NCBI GenBank assembly: GCA_040954595.2 | Contig: CM082587.2 | Span: 6,499,705-6,563,704 of the forward strand | Length of the DNA: 64,000 nucleotides | Direction of reading: 5' to 3' | Source of the DNA: Balanoglossus misakiensis | Taxonomy: Eukaryota; Animalia; Hemichordata | Shown: positions 13,504 through 23,600 of the stretch, piece by piece | Numbering within the stretch: the stretch's first letter is position 1 | Layout: the number at the start of each line of letters is the position of its first letter | Made by a program: the position numbers and the translations under genes | Notes under the pieces: model-generated | What the model was told of the DNA's origin: nothing | What the model saw: only the letters and a program-made list of their open reading frames with translations | Database searches by the model: none

Positions 13504-13652
13504 TGCGAAGGCCGTTTATGATCGAGTCGAAAAATAACAAGAAGGACGTCCAAATTTCGACTGCACTGCTGCACGGGCGCGATACACTGCAGACTAAAAG
13601 TCCAGGGTTCGACGCCTACGTTCGAATCTCGAATGTTTGCGCAGTGACTGAG

Positions 13653-13666
13653 AGGGGAATTCCCCT
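13653..13666. promoter_or_regulatory. NF-kB-like site (perfect palindrome) upstream of gene A
   Basis: AGGGGAATTCCCCT, ~150 bp 5' of the ATG at 13503; matches the GGGRNWYYCC consensus. Confidence 0.6.
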
Positions 13667-13707
13667 TTATCTCACGCATAGGCACTGCGTCGGCCAATCT
13701 GATTTTA

Positions 13708-13793
13708 GAACGGCGACGTGTTTTTTTTATGCCTAGGCGACAGCATTATAAAGGCGACGTGTTTTCGACAGCATAAAAACCACGTCGCCGTTC
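13708..13793. repeat. Inverted repeat / small foldback element
   Basis: GAACGGCGACGTGTTTTT...ATGC pairs with GCATAAAAACCACGTCGCCGTTC; a third GGCGACGTGTTTT lies between them. Confidence 0.7.
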
Positions 13794-13962
13794 CCTACAC
13801 CTGATTTTAATCAGACTGTGCGTCGGCGAGCTAGTCATACGAAAATAATCTGCCGAAACCTCACATTTTTATCTTCCGATATTCGGGATGGGGTGGGTCA
13901 TGTAAACGCGTCTTTGTTTTTCGCTCGATAAGATAACTTCACGCGTATCAAAAATCCAACTC

Positions 13963-13986
13963 CACTTTCACTTTCACTTCGTTTTC
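13963..13986 (-). promoter_or_regulatory. Tandem IRF element (IRF-E/ISRE-like) upstream of gene A
   Basis: The minus strand reads GAAAACGAAGTGAAAGTGAAAGTG, i.e. repeated AAGTGA hexamers, the canonical IRF-binding repeat. Confidence 0.55.
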
Positions 13987-14561
13987 TCCGAATGAGATCG
14001 CGGATTTGAAGGTACAGGGCCCCATTTCTGCTCTCCAGAATAAAACGAAAGTTGAGTGGTTTTGGCGTCGATGACAAAGAAGCTGATTCATCAGAACAAG
14101 GTAATCGGTTTCTCAAATTGTACCCCAAACGGCAACGATGCCGATAATTTTATTGTAAAAGACGGACCCACTTAACTCAAACATTTGACACTACATGAAA
14201 ACTATTGCTCTGGACACAAAAGCTCATTCAAATACACTCATATTTGCTCTTAAAGACCACCGGCCCAAAATTGCAACTTTAAAGTGCAAGTACAGAAATA
14301 GGAATAACAAGAGAACACCGTTAGAAAAATCCCCTTCTTTATACTTTATCTGCTTTGTATACAAACAAATTTAGAGTTAGCTGCGAATAAGACAATTATG
14401 CGTTGCTTTAATAGTATTTAGACATACCACAACATTCCCCAGGTCACAAACAATAATTTGTCAACGACAGGCAGCAATAGAATTAGGCCTATCAGCATCA
14501 CCTGATCATAGACAGGGGAAGGGGCCGACTGCCAATGATTGATCGCTCAGTAAACCCGGGC

Positions 14562-16270
14562 TCAAGTACCCGAGCAGATTCGTTTCAACTCTGCCTCCAA
14601 CGCATCGACATCTTCGAGAAAGCGCTCCAGTTGGCTCTCGGTGCGCCGCATGTTGCCCGAAATATTAGGCTCGATTCCACCACCTGTTGACTGCAGCTGG
14701 CCCTTGAATGACGTCATCAGCTGTACCCACAGGTTGAGTTCTGCTGTCATGGCGACCACCCACCTTCTCATGCTCACGGACCACTGTACGCCGGCTACTT
14801 CTGCTCGTACCGCGACCGGGGTTTCTGATAACGAACAAAGAAGAAGGCAAAACGACTATTTATGCACTCTGATGTATGGAAACGGTAGTTTTGAATCTAT
14901 TTTGAAGATGACCGATCGATAACACTAGTTTCATTGTACAAAAAAATGCATTTGTGATGAATCTTGTCGCATAAGAGTTTTTTCGCCCTGTGACTGACAT
15001 CCTTATGCCTTCTGGACAGAAACTAAGAACGTCTCTGGGTTTGACATACAGTTTGGTATGTGCGCATTGGAAAACCGTGGCCCTTTCAGAGCTGCAAACT
15101 TCACTGGAGGTCAACTCACGTGTGTTCTGAGAGTCGGCATCTGCCTGGCGATACCAGCGCACGGCGTTCCAAACATTCTTTCCGAAGACAAAGCCAGTCA
15201 TCACGACAATCATGGGAGAAAGAATTGGACGATACACATAGAGCGCCAGTAGAGCCGAGAATCCGATGAGAGCAAGACCCAACACGTCGCCGGGTTGCAG
15301 GACATACGGGTTCATGACTTCACCATATTGCAACTGGCGCTGCAAACCGTCGATGGTCGTGAATGACACCGCCAGGGCTTCCCCCATTCCTCTCAGTTCT
15401 CGCTGTGTGTCTTTCGCGGCAGATGATATGTCGCCGTCAAGTCTGTATTCTACGTAATCCTTGATTCCCTCTGCAGATGGAAACGATACAGATGATCAAT
15501 ATATTTTAACACAAATCATCACGAAATCTCACAAGAAATCATATAATATGAACAAGTACACACTAGAAACCGTTGCCTTTGGTCAAAAGATGTGTTGGTT
15601 ATGGCTACATGGAGCTTATCATTTCTATAGATAACCATCTCACATACACGATGTATCATAGAGAAATATTGTGAAAACTTATTTATTAGATTGGTGGACA
15701 TATTACACTTGTGCATACGGTACCGTATAACTAGGAATGAAAGTGACGTAAAAAAAGTTCAGTAGTTATCATTCGTAGCTAGGTAATTTACCAGATCCGT
15801 GGTTGATAAATGACAATTTAAACCACTGCAAAGTGATCGCCCCGGCTACTGCATTTTGTCAACAAGGGTCAAGGGTTGATGGCGAGCCCACCCCCTGGTC
15901 ACCTGGATAGATGTATAGTGGAGGTATTATGCGTACTGCAAATGACGTAAATGATTCGCCTGCTGTTACGGACTCTCAACTTACTGATACGCTCAATCTT
16001 TCTCTGCAACCTCTTGTAGGGCGCTACCTTCATGTTTGGTTCAAACAAAGCCTTCTGGTCGAGGTCCAATAGCTGCCTTGCGTACTGTATACCGTGGTCG
16101 CCAAACAGGTGTGTGTAGTCCGACAGTTTCAATTCTTGAACCAGGTCGTCCATTGTCTGCTCTTCAAATTCCATCAGTGTTTTCAGCGACATGAAACTAT
16201 CCTGGAATTTTCTCTTCACACCTCTGAAACACATGAAAACATTCAGACTCAACAGATTTACATGACAGAC

Positions 16271-16301
<31 letters not shown>

Positions 16302-16692
16302 AAAGAGGGAAGAAAGAAAGAGACGTCACCAAAAATTAAATATATGTTTTACTTTTAGCTGTAGGGAAAATATCATGTAATATGCGGAAGCCAATCTCCC
16401 GTATATTTAAGCATGCATGTATGTATGTGTAGACCCATTGAGCTTACCGTAAGTTCATACACGTTGCATACATATCAGTGAACTTGATTCGTTCCTCAAA
16501 GATGACTGTTCTGGCATCTACATGACCTCTTTGCCTTCTTGCATTGGCGCTGGCTTCGACCGAACGGATAATGTTTTCGACCTTAGTGAACGTCTGTTGC
16601 ACCTGGATCCATGATGCCTGCCTTTCTCGAACTTTGTCCTGTAAAGTTTGTAGTGTGTCGGTGATCGTATGTGCACCGTAGGTTGACGCCAT
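14562..16692 (-). CDS. Uncharacterised protein B, paralogue of A: helical bundle + SAM-like domain + two-TM hairpin + C-terminal helices, 4 exons, ~365 aa
   Basis: Exons 16692-16448, 16223-15985, 15470-15120, 14824-14562; GT-AG; phases 2/1/1; 1098 nt open. Coding exon 1 is 245 nt, exactly as in gene A. SAM-like segment TMDDLVQELKLSDYTHLFGDHGIQYARQLLDLDQKAL...PYKRLQRKIERI. Hydrophobic segment VLGLALIGFSALLALYVYRPILSPMIVVMTGFVFG. Confidence 0.85.
16270..16322. repeat. (GAAA)n microsatellite
   Basis: Visible AGAA tandem run in intron 1 of gene B. Confidence 0.85.
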
Positions 16693-16773
16693 GTTGTTAG
16701 TTAGTTAGAAATAGTCGAAGACGGTGACAGCTTCTATTGTGTACCTTGTGTACAACTCCAGTAACAGGAACAC

Positions 16774-16915
16774 AGTGAAAACGAAACAAGTTTCGTTCCA
16801 TGAAGTCTGCGTAACGTAATGACACGGCGGGGATTTCCGAATCCAAACGCGCATGCGTAAACACAATTAGTGTTGGCTTTTAAGATGCATATACTTTGCA
16901 AACGTGGGGTATCCC
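16774..16915. promoter_or_regulatory. ISRE-like and NF-kB-like sites upstream of gene B
   Basis: AGTGAAAACGAAAC at 16774-16787, GGGGATTTCC at 16829-16838 and GGGGTATCCC at 16906-16915, 80-225 bp 5' of the ATG at 16692. Confidence 0.55.
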
Positions 16916-17387
16916 GTTGCCGGGGTAATGAGACTGCTGATAATGTACTGTGTGACCTCATTCACATTTCAGGCCATGGGCGTCTTGACAATTGCATTGT
17001 ATTTTTTCACACGCAAGGTTATGAGTTGCAAGAAATCCAATTCAAACAGAGTCGAGGGAGGGAGGGAGAGAGAGGCATACGATCAATTTCGGCTGTAGTC
17101 TGCACGTGTGCTATGATTTTCATCACATGTAACACCAATTCGACTAATTATTCCAATCTAATTTCTTTCTTTGAAATTTCAAAGTTTTAAAAAGTTTGTT
17201 CAATCGATATCAATTTTAACTTCATCAATCAAAGTTGTCTTCTTTTTCTATAATGTCAATAAAATTGAATATATTCGCTTATAGCATACTCTTTATTCTG
17301 TTTCTTCTGCAAACGAAAAGAAAGATTGTGATTCACACACAAGTGCTCCACTTGAACCCGGCTTGCATGCGAATCTTGATGGCATTA

Positions 17388-18057
17388 CTAGTCTAAAGAA
17401 AATCTGTATTTCCGATGGGTTATAGCATAGTCTCTATATTTCTGTCTCAACACGTAACACGTCAGCGAGTGATCCGCTTCGCCATAAGTCTGAAAGTGGA
17501 AACAGAAGTTTGGTTACACATAACCTTGTTACACATCAGATAATACAAGGGAAGAAAACAGAAGGGAATTTGGGACAGGTCAGTGACACCCAAGAAGAAA
17601 AGTAATCACATCAAAACACGGTATGTGTGTATGAAAATGAATAAATGCTATTTGTTAAACCTCGCTTACCCCAGAGAAACCGTAGACCATAATTTCTTTC
17701 TTCGAACCTCTGTGATCCATATTACCTCCTCCAAGAACACGACAATCAAATCCTTGTGCGGTCAGTTTCGGAAGAAGTTTATCGTGTATGTCAGCTTGAG
17801 AAAAGGGAAGAAAAATCATATTTACTTCACTTGGGAAAACTGTTATATATGTAGCTTGCATGGAAAATGGGAACAAGATCTATGACGTTGACCAAAATAG
17901 ACATACTGTGGTAATTTGAAATACAGTCTCCCCGAATGATGTATTTCGAGTTGCCATCCTTCGTTGAAACCTTCACCAGTAAGAAATCGAAGACACCTTC
18001 CGGGGGAATGTCGATATCGACAACTTTATCCAGCGACGGTGGTTTCTTCTTAGACAT
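17388..18057 (-). CDS. Divergent PHPT1/Janus-family paralogue, 3 exons, ~125 aa
   Basis: Exons 18057-17907, 17794-17670, 17489-17388 (378 nt, open), with the same intron positions as the neighbouring PHPT1. Motifs IIRG...YHTDI, LGGGNMDH, VYGFS.TYGEADH. Confidence 0.88.
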
Positions 18058-19021
18058 GCCGTTTAGTATAATTACGTGCACGGTGACCACCTCTTGTTCG
18101 TGGCAGAAGTAGCTGACGTAAGTCTTCCTAGCGACCCACGCGTTTTTGACGCGGAAACTGGGAAATTCGAATTTGCGAAAAATGTCGTCTGTGCACTGGT
18201 ACTATTCGACCCGAAATGTTGTGTGACACGGAAGCAAAAAAGATAGCTTAATGTTTAACCAGTTCACAATAGGCGAATGGTTCATCGACCGTGTGGTTTC
18301 AATACAGAATATATTCACATTTGCACTTTGAACCCACGAAAAGCATAAATGCCTTTTGGTATACGAAACTTCACTTCTTGTTCTGCTCACAGGTGTTTGT
18401 GGACCTTCTACAGATAGGATCCTAACGGAATCAGGATGCCAGGGGGTCATATCATGTAATATTTGCATTATGGGTAAGAAAGTTGACAACTCTCTGTGGT
18501 AAGAGTTTGAAGATATGCCATGTTGTAACTGTATTCCATTACTTCTTTGTGTCCAAGTTCTGTCTTTGTGGTAGCATATAAAACTGGTTCGGCTTTTTGG
18601 CATTTTTTGTGCTACAATTATCAGCAGGACCCAACATCTCATGGCAATTGTTGAACAATCTCTGTTCTCACTTCCACCCCTATTCATATCAGTTCATAAC
18701 TCAGAACGTTAACTATTGAATTGGCAGATAAAACACCTATCTATGATTCAACAGAGAATCTTTATTGAAAAAACAACAACTTTATAAAAGGCAAAAAAGT
18801 GGAGCATCTAATTCTTGTGTTGAATCAACAAGTATATGCTATGGAGCCAGTGAGCAAAAAGCCTCCTGATGTCTGCCAGTGACATGTGTGAAGCCTTGCA
18901 CTGGAACCTTCCTCGAACATGACATGTACATTATAATATTGTCTCTTTAATTAAACAAAAAACAATTTGATTAAATAAAAGCAATTTATTGTAAATAGGA
19001 AAAGCTGAAATCTTCTTGTGG

Positions 19022-19799
19022 TTAGTATCCATCATTTGAGAAAGTAATACTCTGGTAGTCCGGGTATTTCTTTTTTAGTAGTTCACATGTAACAGCATGA
19101 TTTGCTCTGCCGTAGCCCTGTAATGAAGAAAGAAGAGAATATATAATAGTTTATAGCATGAATTTTACAGTTTGGTCTTCGTCATTTTTTAAAAATAATA
19201 GCTTGATAGTTAATTATGTAAGTGTACAGATGACTTGTGACAGGCACATGTATACAGAAGTAACTAACCATTGAGTAACCATAGACTAAAATTGTCTTGT
19301 TTGTACTTTTGTGATCTATCCTTCCTCCGCCCAAGGCACGACACTCCAATCCCAGTGCATTGATTCCTGGTTCTGTCTTGTCAAAAATATCAGCTATGAA
19401 AAAAAATGCAAAAAGACATTATAACATTATAAATATTCACAATCTATCAATAGCTGAGATTTTGACACGGTATTATTAAAATCCTACCCTCCAGATCACA
19501 CAAAATGATTTTAGTGTAGGACTAGTCTAATCTTGTCAACGATCATTGATACAGTATACAACACTGACACAGATCAGATACATGTAACATACATCGAACT
19601 GGCAGCAAAAATGAGAAGAAGCGTTCGTTCTCAGAGTCTCATAACATAACATACCATGATAATCGCAATCTCCGTCTCCTCTCACGACAACTTTCGATCC
19701 ACCGCCATGTTTTGATGTGACTTTTATCAAAATATACTTGAAGACACCGTCTGGGTCGATTTCAACATCCGGTATAGCATCTAACCTTTCTTGTGACAT
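19022..19799 (-). CDS. PHPT1: 14 kDa phosphohistidine phosphatase (Janus/ocnus family), 3 exons, ~121 aa
   Basis: Exons 19799-19655, 19393-19269, 19117-19022 (366 nt). Motifs [21 protein letters not shown]...[33 protein letters not shown]...FSNDGY*. Confidence 0.95.
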
Positions 19800-19899
19800 G
19801 GTGGACTTTCGTCTGTTGGGAAGGTAGTTAGGCTGCAAACTGTGATTACAAAGAATGGATGTGTGCTTTCTCAGGTTAAAACTTGCGCGCACCAACCAT

Positions 19900-20100
19900 C
19901 TATGCCTCATCAATAAACGTAGATAAATTCACTACATGGCATGTTAGTGAGCGCGTGCGGCATCCCAGACTCGTGAACCGGAAGCTGATTTATGTCCCAA
20001 AATGCACCGTCAAATCTAAAATGGCTGCGCCCTGAAGGCTGAGTGCGACTCGACTGACATCGACAAGCCCGGTTTAGTTTTGTGAAAAATCAGATATTGG
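19900..20100. promoter_or_regulatory. Probable bidirectional promoter PHPT1 / SCFD2
   Basis: Head-to-head genes with ATGs 860 bp apart. GCGCGTGCG (NRF1-like), CCGGAAG (ETS) and AAAATGGCTGC (YY1-like) lie within ~19950-20030. Confidence 0.55.
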
Positions 20101-20658
20101 TAATGATCAGACGGATTTCCTTCTTGTTTCAACCTTTCCTGTTGTGTTCTTGCCCACGTAAGTTGCAAACAATTTCATGACATTGAATCAAGCTTGCACA
20201 GTTAGTCAAAAATGCTTTGTTGACAATGTCAGGTTTCTGTCGTCTGCACAGATTGCTTTGGGGGCAGTGCATACTTATCTGATATAGAGCGCACATCATA
20301 CTTTCTAACATGTTTTTCGTAGTCTTTTAATCGTAATTTCATATCGATGCTGCTGCTAATACCGATCGCGGATCGCCGCATGTCAGTTTCGTAATATACG
20401 TAAGTAACATATGGAAAGAAGGGCACTGTGTCCGTTTCTGTCTGTCCATGGACACGCCCACCACAAGATTTAACTGCAATGGTCACACAATGTTGGGTGT
20501 AGAAATGATACTTTAATGACATGATGAATACGAGTATTTCAACAAACACATCATAGATCATTACACTTTTTTGCATTTTTACCCTTTTTTTACAGTTTGA
20601 TCCAATTTCATCAGTGAAATCATTCACATCAAACACTGACAGTATTATCTGAAGTGCC

Positions 20659-23600
20659 ATGTCTTCTGGAGTCAGAAGCATCGCAAGTTGCAGCAGTGCA
20701 TCATGGGAGACAGTGTACACCAAAGTGAAGAAGGCGGTGGTCTTTATGGACAATGCTTGTGCCGAGTGTCTGCACTGGAACGGGGGTGCTGTTCTCCTCT
20801 TTGCGAATGGCGCTGTCGACGTCAGAGAATTCTCATCTTTTGAGGTGTGAAATACTTTCCAATGGAGATGCCTTCCTCATTATCTTTCAGTATGGTAATA
20901 TAGTGTAGATACCGAAGGCATCGAGATAAATTCATTAGATGCCCAATGCTGATAGACTCTTCATCACATCAACAACATGCCTCCTAACAAAATGACCTTC
21001 AAAACGTTTTAGTCAATTTCAATACATTATAAATTGATCTTGTCTGTAGAGTGCCGACCCATCACACATGAAAGCTGTGTTCGTCGTCAGCACACCCCTG
21101 ATTGGACAGACCGCTGACATCATCAAAGACATCATCACAGCCAGTCAGTTCCAGTACTGCGTCGTCATCACCACGGTCACGGCGGAAGTCCACTGCTTCG
21201 CCAGAAGTGTTGGTTATGATTCGAGCTACGACAGCGAAGTGTTTGCAGACTTTGAGGAGCAGATGCTACAGTGGATGAGAAATATGGTAAATAGCTAATG
21301 CTTTACCCCCTCTCTGTAGCTAAAACTTGGGTTGTTCCAATTATTTTCAATGGTAGGATTAGACCTATGCATAATGAAACAGGGTAGAAAGCTAAAGGGA
21401 TGTCAAGTATGTTACGTCTTTCTTTGTCTTCCAGAATTACACAGCTGAAGTTCTTCATGTTCCAATAGTAACGGCTAGTGTGTGCCCAAGTCTGTTCACC
21501 ACACCAGCCCACGCCACGTTGTTTCCTCTCGTACCGACAGACGCCGCTAGACTACAGCAGTACAGACAACAGATGGTGAGACCTTGTTTGCATTCTCTTT
21601 TGTCATTCTTGAAAATTTAAGGTAGATTCTGAGTGGCACTTTGATTGCCCGACAGCTGTGGGACCTTAGTGTGTGCACTTCTGCTGTGGTCCCTGAAACT
21701 GACAGGCAGTACCGTTCTTAAAATGCTGTTCTCATAGTTAATAAAAAAAACATTTGGTCTTCTTTTACAGAAGGATAAAAAGTCGGTTGAATCCCTGATG
21801 GATCTGGATTTCAGTCTATTGCCACGCCAGCTGCAAAGCAGAATAAAGGTGAGTTGTGTCTGTGATGAATGACAAAAATATTATTACCTGTAACAGATCT
21901 GTGACGAGCTGTCCAAATAATACATGTACGAGTGCAGATTCTGATCTGATGTCCAATCTAATCTAATTTGATATGATCTCATCTGAACCACGTGTATTTG
22001 ATCTTCAGACGTTCGTCTGCTCGTTGAGTTCCCTGTTCGAAATGCTGAAAGTCAATGAAGACTGCTATGGTGTTGGACCCACCAGCAGAATCATTGCGTC
22101 AGAACTAGCCTCTCTGCAATCAGCGAAATCCAGACGGAAGGTAAGGAGACTCTAGACCATTTGCAAATACTGTAGAAACACTTCCAGACTGATTGTGTGT
22201 AAATAAATGATCTTTCTTCGTTTTTAGACTGCCCCAAACAGAGCGTCAATAGTGTTTGTGGACAGGATACTTGACCTGGTTGGCCCAACCGGTCACCACG
22301 GCGACACCCTGGCTGACAAGATCATCTCTTTGCTACCACGGTTACCAGGTCATAGTTCAGATGTCGCAGTCAACATGGCAGACCTGTGTTCAACGTCGAG
22401 GTAATGTTATAATATTTCTGTGAGAGAATGTAACATAACACACAGACCACAGGGAAGTACCGGTTTGTCATATGTTACAAGACAGGTGCATCACTGACAT
22501 GCAAATGGCATGTATTGCAACATTTCAGCCGACACCAACATTATCACAAGATGATTAACCAATCAACTGTTTAATCGTTGCATTTTCATTCTTCCCTTGC
22601 AGCAAACATTGCAGCAATGTGGTGTTGCCGGGCAGTTTGGCTCATCCCAGGGATGGCTTTGCGCACAGTTTGTTGAATACTATGATAACGAGGAAACACA
22701 AGGTGAGGTGACTGAGATGCCGTCTGAGCCAAGGCAACATATTGTCAGTGGCAACATTAAGAAATTACTGGTACTCATTTCTAACTTTTTTTCTGCTGAC
22801 AGCTGACCGACTATTCAAGCTGTGTGGATGCACTAAGATTTTTTTTAAATCAGATGTTGTTACTGTTACAGTAATCCTCATATTCATAAGATTCCATACA
22901 ATGAAATCATTAGAAAATCAGTGAAGTCAAATCCGGCATTTCACTAGTCATTGCACTGCTGACCTGACTGACATACTGTGCTTTGATTTTCAGGAATGTT
23001 TGATGGACATCAACCGTCATTTAGTTGAGGCAGCCTCTCAGGAGAGTCTCCCACTTCAGTTGACAGGAAGACTTGGACGCGTCAATGCTGATACTTTACA
23101 GACCTATCTTCAATTATTCAAGTTAGTGCCAATCTACTGCGTTTTAAAAAGTAAAGACCAGCTGATTTGTTGTCATTTTAGTGCATTCGCTAATTTAAAA
23201 CTTCTCAGCATTTCTGTAATCTTAGTGAAAATGGTAGAGGATCTGCTTTATTTATCTTGGCCAATTTTTACTGAAATAAGGCAGTTGAACATAAAAAATA
23301 CCCCATCATTGTATTTCTACATTGTACATGTAAAACCATAATGTATCCATTTGATATCAGAACCTGTGCAAGCTATTATTTCATAGGCTGTTCTGTATGG
23401 AAAAGTCTGGACATAAATTGCATCAGATTTAGATTAAATTGATATTAATTGAACCGACTGGGTTTTGATGTTTTGCAGAGGAAACAGACAAGCTTTTGTG
23501 AACCACGCAGGGTTGCTACAGCTGGCTATGGCGTGCGTCAAAGCATTGAAACACGACAAGTACGCCAGTATGGACAAACTGCTCAGCGTGGAGAAGATGG

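Noticed and set aside
13010-13537. 175-aa plus-strand ORF
   Set aside because: Antisense shadow of gene A exon 1 running out of the MITE end; no recognisable motifs.
10561-16692. Naming genes A/B as SAMD13, APOL or MLKL orthologues
   Set aside because: Human SAMD13 does neighbour UOX, but it is a small SAM-only protein unlike these. APOL and MLKL lack an internal SAM, and no diagnostic motifs were recognisable, so the genes are left unnamed.
18202-18687. 161-aa ORF between the two PHPT1 genes
   Set aside because: No PHPT1 similarity or domain pattern; likely 3'-UTR or intergenic chance ORF.
19800-19913. N-terminal extension of PHPT1 (MMRHRWLVRAS...) as a mitochondrial presequence
   Set aside because: The frame is open and Arg-rich, but homology begins at MSQERL and no TSS evidence is available, so it was not called.
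20229-20753. 174-aa minus-strand ORF
   Set aside because: Antisense to the SCFD2 first coding exon and upstream intron; no recognisable protein features.
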